From a virus (lineage: Duplodnaviria; Caudoviricetes): DNA of 26,403 nt. The stretch is taken from the IMG/VR virus record IMGVR_UViG_3300005805_000404, positions 1 to 26,403 of that record. One strand, 5' to 3'. Under the pieces are notes generated by a model. It was not told the origin of the DNA. It was given only the letters and a program-made list of their open reading frames with translations, and ran no database searches. Shown in pieces: positions 16,643-23,749 of this stretch (within the stretch, counting starts at the first letter, position 1; each line of letters starts with the position of its first letter). Position numbers and translations under genes: made by a program.

Positions 16643-16731
16643 TAGTGGCAGGGTAGGAGAAGATATCCAAGTCTATTCCTTTCTACTTGTAGGGGGTGCA
16701 ATTCCCCCTCTACCCACTATCTTGTGCTACT
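16641..16731 (+). ncRNA. Structured element with a tRNA-like T-arm and acceptor-like stem (not a canonical tRNA)
   Basis: GGGGG-TGCAATT-CCCCC (16692-16708) adjacent to GGGTAGG/TCTACCC (16651/16709); no anticodon arm. Confidence 0.45.
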
Positions 16732-16842
16732 GATTGGATGTCAGTTACCAAGATTATCCACGCATAACCATGCGGGACTTTATTGCCTTATTATTTACAG
16801 AACTTATACAAGTGTATGTATTAATAAAGAAAACAATAACAG

Positions 16843-16872
16843 TGTCCCTAATTGGGTCGTGTGGAAGGGACA
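16843..16872. promoter_or_regulatory. Putative operator TGTCCCT-N16-AGGGACA, copy 1
   Basis: Near-identical, ungapped copy at 19126-19155; both are intergenic. Confidence 0.7.
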
Positions 16873-16931
16873 GTAAAGCATATGCGGTGCTTATGCAAAG
16901 CAACGCAACAGGTGCTTTACTGAGCCACCAC
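16871..16931. repeat. Nested inverted repeat element, copy B
   Basis: CAGTAAAGCA/TGCTTTACTG enclosing TGCG/CGCA and TGCTT/AAGCA. Confidence 0.75.
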
Positions 16932-16956
16932 TTATATAAATTAATGGAGGAATAAA

Positions 16957-17589
16957 ATGGAAGACAATAAATCAGCACTAGAAGGTGCTAGATTATTATA
17001 TAGAACTATCATGTTAGGTAATCATTATAATAATAAACCATACAGTGATGAGAGTGATGAACTATTAGACTTTCTTGGTCGCTCTGCATATATAACTTTA
17101 GATGTGTTGACAGACTTAGGTGATGATAAATACTCATCAGATAATCGTAAGAATATAACTCATATTAGATATCTGGCTGCTTTATTATTTGATAAAGATA
17201 CAGTATATGAATTAGCAAAAACTATACACTATATATTAGATAATGATAACCTAACTATCAGTGATATACAAGATATATTATATGGTAGCAGTAGAGATAT
17301 TGATATAAAAAAGATACAGACAATTGGTAAATTATTATATGAAGGTAAAAGTTATAGATATGTATCATCTGAAGTAGGTGTATCTTATGATACAATAGAA
17401 AGAATAGAAAGTTTCACAGGAATAAATCAAGCAAGAAAAGATAGGTTAATTGATCAGGCTTGTGATGCAGTAAGAGAAGGTGTGTCAGTTAGAACTTTCG
17501 CCAAGCAAGTTAATATACCAAAGTCTACAGCACATACAGTAATGAATAAAGCAAAGTCAGTATTAAAAGAACTAGGAGAGATACAATGA
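16957..17589 (+). CDS. DNA-binding protein with two C-terminal HTH motifs (210 aa)
   Basis: GKSYRYVSSEVGVSYDTIERI and GVSVRTFAKQVNIPKSTAHTV; RBS GGAGG. Confidence 0.75.
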   Translation: MEDNKSALEGARLLYRTIMLGNHYNNKPYSDESDELLDFLGRSAYITLDVLTDLGDDKYSSDNRKNITHIRYLAALLFDKDTVYELAKTIHYILDNDNLTISDIQDILYGSSRDIDIKKIQTIGKLLYEGKSYRYVSSEVGVSYDTIERIESFTGINQARKDRLIDQACDAVREGVSVRTFAKQVNIPKSTAHTVMNKAKSVLKELGEIQ

Positions 17590-17810
17590 ATACAGATGAA
17601 CTTATATCAGATGAATTAAGACAGCAGTCAGTAGGTAAAACAGTAAGAGAACTATATCACAATATAGATAGTTATATAAGTGAGATACATAGAGCAGTTA
17701 AAGATAATGAATTCGATTATGCAGAGACAATGACTGACAATCTAAAAAATAATATACTTATATTGTCTGCAATATTAGAACAGATAGAACAAAGCAGAGA
17801 GGAGGTCTAA
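17586..17810 (+). CDS. Hypothetical helical protein (74 aa)
   Basis: RBS AGGAG; ATGA translational coupling. Confidence 0.75.
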   Translation: MNTDELISDELRQQSVGKTVRELYHNIDSYISEIHRAVKDNEFDYAETMTDNLKNNILILSAILEQIEQSREEV

Positions 17811-17811
17811 T

Positions 17812-17970
17812 ATGTGTTGTGAGATAGGTCATAAATGCACTTGTAATGAAGAACCAAAGTTTAGTATAATATTTAAATGTGATGAATGCTCTGAAGTAAT
17901 AGTAGATCCTATTGTAGAACATCCTCAGTTTAGTATTTTATTATGCAACAATTGTAGTAGTAAGAACTAA
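17812..17970 (+). CDS. Small Cys-rich zinc-binding protein (52 aa, MCCEIGHKCTC...CDEC...CNNC); not in the ORF track
   Basis: RBS GGAGGT; eight Cys residues. Confidence 0.7.
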   Translation: MCCEIGHKCTCNEEPKFSIIFKCDECSEVIVDPIVEHPQFSILLCNNCSSKN

Positions 17971-17995
17971 TTATATATTAAGACAGGAGAATATA

Positions 17996-18931
17996 ATGAC
18001 AGCAGAAAGAGATGAAGCAGTAACCTCAAGAGAAGGTGCTCACCATCAGTCTAGTATAGAGACTATACTTGATGGATGCTCATGGCAGTATTACTTAAAT
18101 AATATTAAGAAGATACCAACGCCACCAAAGCCACACTCTCTAATGGGAACTGCTTATCACTCTGCCATAGAGGCACACGAGTTATCTAGAATGTATGGTA
18201 ATCCAACATTATCACTTAGTGATATGATATCTATTGCAGATCAAGAGATCCTAAAACAGTCCGAGGCTTTGACTGATGAGATGATGGTAGATAAAGATGG
18301 TAACATATTAACAGTAGATAATCTATTAGATATGTGTAGGTTCGCACTTAATAACTGGTATAATGAGAAAACAAAAGATGGAATATCTCATAGAGATTGG
18401 TTATTAAGACTAACTCCTGTAGCAATAGAGCCTTACTTTAAACTGCAATTAGTAGATGATGCACTGCCTATTGGAGGTTGGATAGATGGAGTTTATAAAG
18501 ATGAAGAAGGTAATTATTTATTAGTAGATCAGAAGACTGCTGGAGATTTTACTAGATGGTCTTATGATGGTAATGGTCATAGATATCAAGCAACAATGTA
18601 TGGAGTTGCATTAGTATTATCAGAAGATTTTCCTGAAGTTACTGAACTAGATAAAATAAATATGCATTATCTAGTATCAAGAACAAGAACAGGTAATAAG
18701 AATTTAGAGAAAGCTAGACATGTAATAGTTAAACCTGAACTAGATGATGTGGCTTTATTAGGTGAGAGAATAAGACAAGTAGAATTTATTATTAAGAATA
18801 ATTTATACGCCCCTAACCCATCATGGTTTTTATGTAAGCCTAGATTTTGTTCATTCTATAATGAATGTCAAGTCACTGGTAATTTAAGAAAAGCACCAAT
18901 AGATATAATAAGGAGATATAAAGATGAGTAG
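17996..18931 (+). CDS. Cas4/AddB(RecB)-like PD-(D/E)xK exonuclease (311 aa)
   Basis: S...C.WQYY, GTAYH, GWIDG...LVDQKT, Q...Y, and C-terminal C....C.....C (four Cys, Fe-S staple pattern). Confidence 0.88.
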   Translation: MTAERDEAVTSREGAHHQSSIETILDGCSWQYYLNNIKKIPTPPKPHSLMGTAYHSAIEAHELSRMYGNPTLSLSDMISIADQEILKQSEALTDEMMVDKDGNILTVDNLLDMCRFALNNWYNEKTKDGISHRDWLLRLTPVAIEPYFKLQLVDDALPIGGWIDGVYKDEEGNYLLVDQKTAGDFTRWSYDGNGHRYQATMYGVALVLSEDFPEVTELDKINMHYLVSRTRTGNKNLEKARHVIVKPELDDVALLGERIRQVEFIIKNNLYAPNPSWFLCKPRFCSFYNECQVTGNLRKAPIDIIRRYKDE

Positions 18932-19112
18932 ATTTATAACAGTAAAGAAAACAAATGGCTTAGTAACAGGTGGTAAAGTAACCTATGTAGAAATGTGGTT
19001 AGTCCCTGAAGATTTTTCAGAGCAAGAAATAACATTACTCACTGAGATATGTGATAATAATGTTTTAGATCCTCAACAAGCGTTCGATTGTGTGCGTAAG
19101 TTAAGGAAGTAG
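18924..19112 (+). CDS. Hypothetical protein (62 aa)
   Basis: RBS AAGGAG; overlaps the previous stop. Confidence 0.7.
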   Translation: MSRFITVKKTNGLVTGGKVTYVEMWLVPEDFSEQEITLLTEICDNNVLDPQQAFDCVRKLRK

Positions 19113-19125
19113 TAATAATAAGAAG

Positions 19126-19155
19126 TGTCCCTAATTCACTCGTGAGGCAGGGACA
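19126..19155. promoter_or_regulatory. Putative operator TGTCCCT-N16-AGGGACA, copy 2, followed by TATAAT
   Basis: Matches 16843-16872; upstream of the replication genes. Confidence 0.7.
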
Positions 19156-19194
19156 GTATATAATGTCTGACTATAAACCTGAGGAGGTTCACAT

Positions 19195-19944
19195 ATGACA
19201 AATGAAGACAATGACAATGTAAATGGCGGAGTAAGATCTACTACCGTAAAATTTACAGCATCAGGTAAACCATTCGGTGCTGATGTATTTTTATCTATAG
19301 AGACAGAGTATGAGTTTGATACTCTAGCCTATGATGATGAAGTAATGGAGAAGCAAGAACTTCTTACAATTCAGTTACAAGCACAGGTAACTGACTTAAT
19401 AAAGAATGCTGCACTAGCAACAAAAGAAGCAGCAATTAATACACCAAAGGGACAGGTCTCAATTCATCCTGCCTCAGGTGTAACAGCAATACCAGCAACA
19501 CAGTATAACACAGTTGCTCCAGCAGGGACTACTGCTCAGGCAGTAGTTGCAGTAGCAAATGGAGCACCGCAAAGTCAGGGAGACTGGCGTTCAGTTCCTT
19601 CTAGATTTGGAGATGGTCAAGTTAGATTTTTATCTACAGCAGCCTATCCAACAGATAGATTAAAAACTGACATTGGTTCATGGATAGTAAAGCAAGGTCT
19701 TAATGCAGATCTTTTTGATATATGGGATGAAAGAGTTGGTGCTAAAGGTGCTGAGGCTGGAAACCCTATTGGATCTGTATTCAATATTAAAGTTAAGAAG
19801 GATGCTCAACATCTAGTTCCAGAAGACTTCCACAGAAATGCAGCAGGTCGTGGTAAGTTTAACAATGATGGAAGTCTATATATCTATTGGTCTAAAGACT
19901 TCGATGCATATCTTAAATTTGTAGGGAAGGAGAAACTTGCATGA
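19195..19944 (+). CDS. Hypothetical replication-module protein (249 aa), possibly ssDNA-binding
   Basis: RBS GAGGAGG; two domains joined by an Ala/Thr/Pro linker; between the exonuclease and helicase. Function inferred from position only. Confidence 0.6.
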   Translation: MTNEDNDNVNGGVRSTTVKFTASGKPFGADVFLSIETEYEFDTLAYDDEVMEKQELLTIQLQAQVTDLIKNAALATKEAAINTPKGQVSIHPASGVTAIPATQYNTVAPAGTTAQAVVAVANGAPQSQGDWRSVPSRFGDGQVRFLSTAAYPTDRLKTDIGSWIVKQGLNADLFDIWDERVGAKGAEAGNPIGSVFNIKVKKDAQHLVPEDFHRNAAGRGKFNNDGSLYIYWSKDFDAYLKFVGKEKLA

Positions 19945-20021
19945 AAAAACTACTTAAAAAATTAAAGAAGTTAGCAAAGAAATACAAGTTAGTTAAACGC
20001 AAAAGTAATAAGAAGAAATAA
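19941..20021 (+). CDS. 26-aa hyper-basic peptide MKKLLKKLKKLAKKYKLVKRKSNKKK; not in the ORF track
   Basis: ATGA overlap with the upstream stop, RBS AAGGAG, fills the gap before the helicase. Confidence 0.55.
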   Translation: MKKLLKKLKKLAKKYKLVKRKSNKKK

Positions 20022-20040
20022 AGAATGAGAAGGAGGAGTC

Positions 20041-21051
20041 ATGACTTATATTACAAAACAAGATGGTGATGTTCTTTCAGTATCAGACATATCAGAAAAT
20101 GAGGTAGAGGTGGAACAGCAAGAAAAACCTAGACCTAAAAGGTCTTTCGGTTGGACTTCAAATGATGGTGTTAAGGGCTTACTAAGGTATGCCCAGAACC
20201 CAACAAAAAGAATAGCTACAGGTATATGGCCTATCGACTCCATGTTAGGTGGAGGAGTAGGTCGTGGTGAAGTATGTGTCATATTAGGTAAGTCAGGTAG
20301 CGGTAAGTCTATTCTAGGTCAAAATATATTGGAGTCCAACTTAGAGATACCAGCAGTCTTCTTCTCTTATGAGATGCCTGGGACTATGGTTCTAACAAGA
20401 TCATTAGCAATGTGGTCTAACAAAAGTCACAACACTATATTCAATATGGTTGAAACTAATACACTAGAAGATGAGATGTTAAGTGATTGGGAAGATGCTC
20501 ACAGAAAGCACTACTATATTACTAAGACAGGTCTAGATCTACCTGCTATGAGCACTGCTATTAAAGAGTGTCAAGAGCAGACAGGTGAGAGACCAGCACT
20601 TGTAGTCATAGACTACATGGAGCTAGTAGCATCAACAGGTTATGGTGAAACTATAGATAATATTACTTCAGTAGCACAAGCACTTAAAGGATGGGCTAAA
20701 GAAGAAGATGTCTCATGTGTTATATTACATCAGACAAATAAGACATTAAGACATGGAGATGCTCCTGATGAAGATGCCGCTAGATATGGTGGATACACAG
20801 AAGCAGATATAGTAATAGGTATATGGAGACCACATAAGTGGCAACCTAAAACAAGATCAGATGTTCCTTTAAACGACCATCAGATTACTTATCTTAGAGA
20901 TTATGTAGGTATTAATCTCATAAAGAATAGACCTAAGATTACAGTTCAGGAACAAGGTTATCTAGTTCCTATAAGTGACTCAGGTAGAATTAGAGTAAGT
21001 CCAGGAACTAGTTTAGAAGTTTATAGACCAGGCTCTGGTGGTGTATTCTAA
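20041..21051 (+). CDS. DnaB-like (SF4) replicative helicase, RecA-fold domain (336 aa)
   Basis: ATGIWPIDSMLGGG, Walker A GKSGSGKS, FFSYEM, VVIDY, LHQ, EAD, KNR. Confidence 0.9.
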   Translation: MTYITKQDGDVLSVSDISENEVEVEQQEKPRPKRSFGWTSNDGVKGLLRYAQNPTKRIATGIWPIDSMLGGGVGRGEVCVILGKSGSGKSILGQNILESNLEIPAVFFSYEMPGTMVLTRSLAMWSNKSHNTIFNMVETNTLEDEMLSDWEDAHRKHYYITKTGLDLPAMSTAIKECQEQTGERPALVVIDYMELVASTGYGETIDNITSVAQALKGWAKEEDVSCVILHQTNKTLRHGDAPDEDAARYGGYTEADIVIGIWRPHKWQPKTRSDVPLNDHQITYLRDYVGINLIKNRPKITVQEQGYLVPISDSGRIRVSPGTSLEVYRPGSGGVF

Positions 21052-21584
21052 TGGTAAATTTTAGATACTTAGATAATGAAAGTAGGTTTGGTGAAGGTGC
21101 TCCTTCAGGAGATCTAGCAGAGGAAAAAACTCTAAACTTCTTTAGAAGTATAGAGAAACCTCTACAAGAATTCGGTCCTAAACACATACCTACAGACAGA
21201 TCTATTAATCTAACTTGGACTGAGAAGGTCAGGCTAATGCCTGACTTTCTTGGTTATGGTATGTTTATAGAGGTTCAAGGATGCTGGTCAGATCATGTAG
21301 TTGTTAAACCTGATAAGCTTTACACACTACTTGAATGGGATGCAGAGATGCCTGTATGGTTCTCTATTTATATACAAAAGACTGATGAGATATTACTTGC
21401 ACCTCTACACACAATACTGTGGGCATGTGCTGATGAAAGATCTAAATCTATTATATTAGATGAAGGAACTTTATCTCAGAAGTTTGCTTATGAAGTTCCA
21501 ATAGAAGTATTACTAGATGTAAGAGTTAGTGATGCTTTTGCAGTAGATAAAATGTTAAAGGAGAAAACTAAAAAAGTGAGGTGA
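21051..21584 (+). CDS. Putative restriction-endonuclease-fold nuclease (PD...EVQG, 177 aa)
   Basis: 'GDLAEE...MPDFL....FIEVQG' pattern. Confidence 0.55.
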   Translation: MVNFRYLDNESRFGEGAPSGDLAEEKTLNFFRSIEKPLQEFGPKHIPTDRSINLTWTEKVRLMPDFLGYGMFIEVQGCWSDHVVVKPDKLYTLLEWDAEMPVWFSIYIQKTDEILLAPLHTILWACADERSKSIILDEGTLSQKFAYEVPIEVLLDVRVSDAFAVDKMLKEKTKKVR

Positions 21585-21587
21585 TTT

Positions 21588-22040
21588 ATGACATATCAAA
21601 AACCATATAATATAGATACTACAAGATATCAACATTCAGAAGAGATATTAAAAGCTCTATCTGTAATAGATGAATACTTTGTATCAGAGAAACCTGAAGA
21701 TCCATTGGTATTAATAGTCGATACTTTACTTGCTTTATTAGAAGATGATGAAAGAGCAGTTGTAGAAATGTGTCTTATGAAAAATATAAGTATGCATGAA
21801 GCAGCGAGAACATTAGGTTATATAAATAGTAATGGAAAAGAAGATCATAAAATGGTTAGTAGAAGATTGAAGTGGGCTCTAGTTAAACTAAGAGCAATAC
21901 TAGAAACACCATCTTTTGCTACAGCAATAGCAGGTCATAAAATGCCAATAGAAAATTATGAAGTTGTAGTAACAGATACTATATCTAACATAATAAAAAG
22001 ATTAGATATTAAGACAGAGGAGTTAGGTGATGAAGAATAA
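21588..22040 (+). CDS. Sigma70 region-4-like HTH transcription factor (150 aa)
   Basis: LALLEDDERAVVEM....NISMHEAARTLG...VSRRLKWALVKLR; no recognisable region 2. Confidence 0.75.
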   Translation: MTYQKPYNIDTTRYQHSEEILKALSVIDEYFVSEKPEDPLVLIVDTLLALLEDDERAVVEMCLMKNISMHEAARTLGYINSNGKEDHKMVSRRLKWALVKLRAILETPSFATAIAGHKMPIENYEVVVTDTISNIIKRLDIKTEELGDEE

Positions 22041-22419
22041 TTATCCAAGAAAATTAAAGATTGGTCCTTATACATATAACATAGAACTATATCCTGATGC
22101 CACCTACTCTGATCATGGAGCTTGTGTATATAATCATCAGACAATATTTATATCACCTAATCAACATGCAGAGAGAGCAGGAGATACATTATTACATGAA
22201 GTGTTACATGCAGTATGGGACTTATCAGGTTTCGATCAAGTAGCAGATCTCAATGAAGAGAATATAGTTAGAAGCATAGCCACTTGGCTAACTTTAGTAT
22301 TAAAAGATAATCCAAAATTAGTAGAGTTTATAACTAACCCTAACTTAAATTGGATACCAGATTATGAAGACGATGCTTTAGAAGAAGCATCTGATAATAA
22401 GGAGTCAGATAATGAGTAA
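22027..22419 (+). CDS. HExxH metallopeptidase-like phage protein (130 aa)
   Basis: 'P.KLKIGPYTYNI...G.C......IFI......DTLLHEVLHA...EENIV'. Confidence 0.8.
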   Translation: MMKNNYPRKLKIGPYTYNIELYPDATYSDHGACVYNHQTIFISPNQHAERAGDTLLHEVLHAVWDLSGFDQVADLNEENIVRSIATWLTLVLKDNPKLVEFITNPNLNWIPDYEDDALEEASDNKESDNE

Positions 22420-22780
22420 ATCAAAACAACAAGGAACGAGGCATGAGTCATGGATAGTAAATCAATTAATGTCAGTAGGTCTATCTGCAAAGAGAATAGC
22501 AGAGGGAGGATCAGCAGACGAAGGAGATGTAGAGTTGCTAGTAAAAGATCAAAGATGGGTACTGGAGGGCAAAGCCCGACAGAACCTAAATATACAGAAG
22601 ACACTAGCAAAAGCAAGGAAAAAGGCTGGAGACAATACGCCTGTAGCCGTCATCTGGAAACGCCTTGTAAAGGTAAAAGGCTACGAAAATCGTCAGCCTG
22701 TTGAAGGAGAAAGAGTAACTGTCACCCTATCATGGGATGACTTTGTATCACTACTAACAAAGGAGAATAACAATGAGTGA
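22412..22780 (+). CDS. Hjc-type Holliday junction resolvase (122 aa)
   Basis: SKSKQQGTRHE...DEGDV...VLEGK...PVAVIWKR...VTLSWDDF. Confidence 0.85.
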   Translation: MSKSKQQGTRHESWIVNQLMSVGLSAKRIAEGGSADEGDVELLVKDQRWVLEGKARQNLNIQKTLAKARKKAGDNTPVAVIWKRLVKVKGYENRQPVEGERVTVTLSWDDFVSLLTKENNNE

Positions 22781-23162
22781 TGAAATAAAGATAGAGCCAT
22801 TAACTGAAGAAGAGATCATCGCTATCTCTAAAAGGTTAGAAGATAATAAAGAATATGATACAGAAATTGCTAGAGCAATATTCACTGTTCTTGTATCTGG
22901 ATATGAATACCAAATACTTTATAGTACTTTACAGGCATATTACTCAGCATCTACTGCAGGTTTATACCAACTTGCTGGAGACTGCTCTAAGATAATAGGT
23001 CTTAAAGATACCAAGAAGATACAGAAGATGTATAGACAAGCAGCAACTATTGCTGGTAACTTACCTGCTATAGCTAAAAACATATTAGAAAGTCAACCTG
23101 AGGAGACAGATAATGAAGAAGATGCAGTGTCGGAAGTGTCTGAAGAAACTACCAATAAATAA
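22773..23162 (+). CDS. Hypothetical protein (129 aa)
   Basis: RBS AAGGAG; overlaps the previous stop. Confidence 0.75.
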   Translation: MSDEIKIEPLTEEEIIAISKRLEDNKEYDTEIARAIFTVLVSGYEYQILYSTLQAYYSASTAGLYQLAGDCSKIIGLKDTKKIQKMYRQAATIAGNLPAIAKNILESQPEETDNEEDAVSEVSEETTNK

Positions 23163-23478
23163 CTTTTATCTAAGAAAGAATGATAATGATAGAAGACAAG
23201 AGTGGTTATGTAAATCATGCAGCTACTTTCGTAAGTTAATAAAAAAATATAATATAACTGAAGAACAGTATATAGAATTATTTAATAAACAAAATAATGT
23301 ATGTGCTATTTGTAAAACAGTTAAGAAAACAATGTGTGTAGATCATGATCATGTAACTTTAAAAGTTAGAGGTATACTATGCAATAAGTGTAACTTTGCT
23401 ATAGGTCAACTAGATGATAAAATATCATTATTAGAAAATGCAATCGTATATTTAAAAGGAGATATAAATGAAAACTAA
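23113..23478 (+). CDS. Endonuclease VII-family (His-Me finger) nuclease with an N-terminal zinc finger
   Basis: YNITEEQY...QNNVCAIC....CVDHDH...KVRGILCNKCNFAIG..DD....ENAIVYL; N-terminal CRKC...CKSC; RBS AGGAG. Confidence 0.92.
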   Translation: MKKMQCRKCLKKLPINNFYLRKNDNDRRQEWLCKSCSYFRKLIKKYNITEEQYIELFNKQNNVCAICKTVKKTMCVDHDHVTLKVRGILCNKCNFAIGQLDDKISLLENAIVYLKGDINEN

Positions 23479-23749
23479 AATAGCATCAAAGGCATCTCTA
23501 GTATTTATAGCAATAGCTCAATTACTAGATACTATATCAACTTATATAGGTATAGAAGTATTAGGAGGTAAAGAATTAAATCCTATAATGAGTTACTTCA
23601 TAGGTTTAGGATGGAGTTATTTCTTAATAGTTAAACTATCACTTATATTATTATTAGTTCTATTCCCTTATAAGACTAAGTCTACTCCATGGTTTATAGG
23701 TGTGCTAAGTATATCTCCATTTATTTGGAACTTAATACAGATTATTTAG
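23468..23749 (+). CDS. Small membrane protein, DUF5658-like (93 aa)
   Basis: LLDTISTYIGI...GGKELNPIM....G......VK; three hydrophobic segments. Confidence 0.75.
   Translation: MKTKIASKASLVFIAIAQLLDTISTYIGIEVLGGKELNPIMSYFIGLGWSYFLIVKLSLILLLVLFPYKTKSTPWFIGVLSISPFIWNLIQII

Noticed and set aside
16651-16716. Canonical tRNA gene
   Set aside because: No anticodon stem-loop, no conserved D-loop GG, no CCA; kept only as a tRNA-like element.
16734-16978. ORFs 16734-16955 (+) and 16754-16978 (-)
   Set aside because: No RBS, and they cover the operator and hairpin elements, so the region is probably non-coding.
17996-18931. Cas4-like gene as a sign of a CRISPR system
   Set aside because: No array or other cas genes; solo Cas4/AddB-like exonucleases are common in phage recombination modules.
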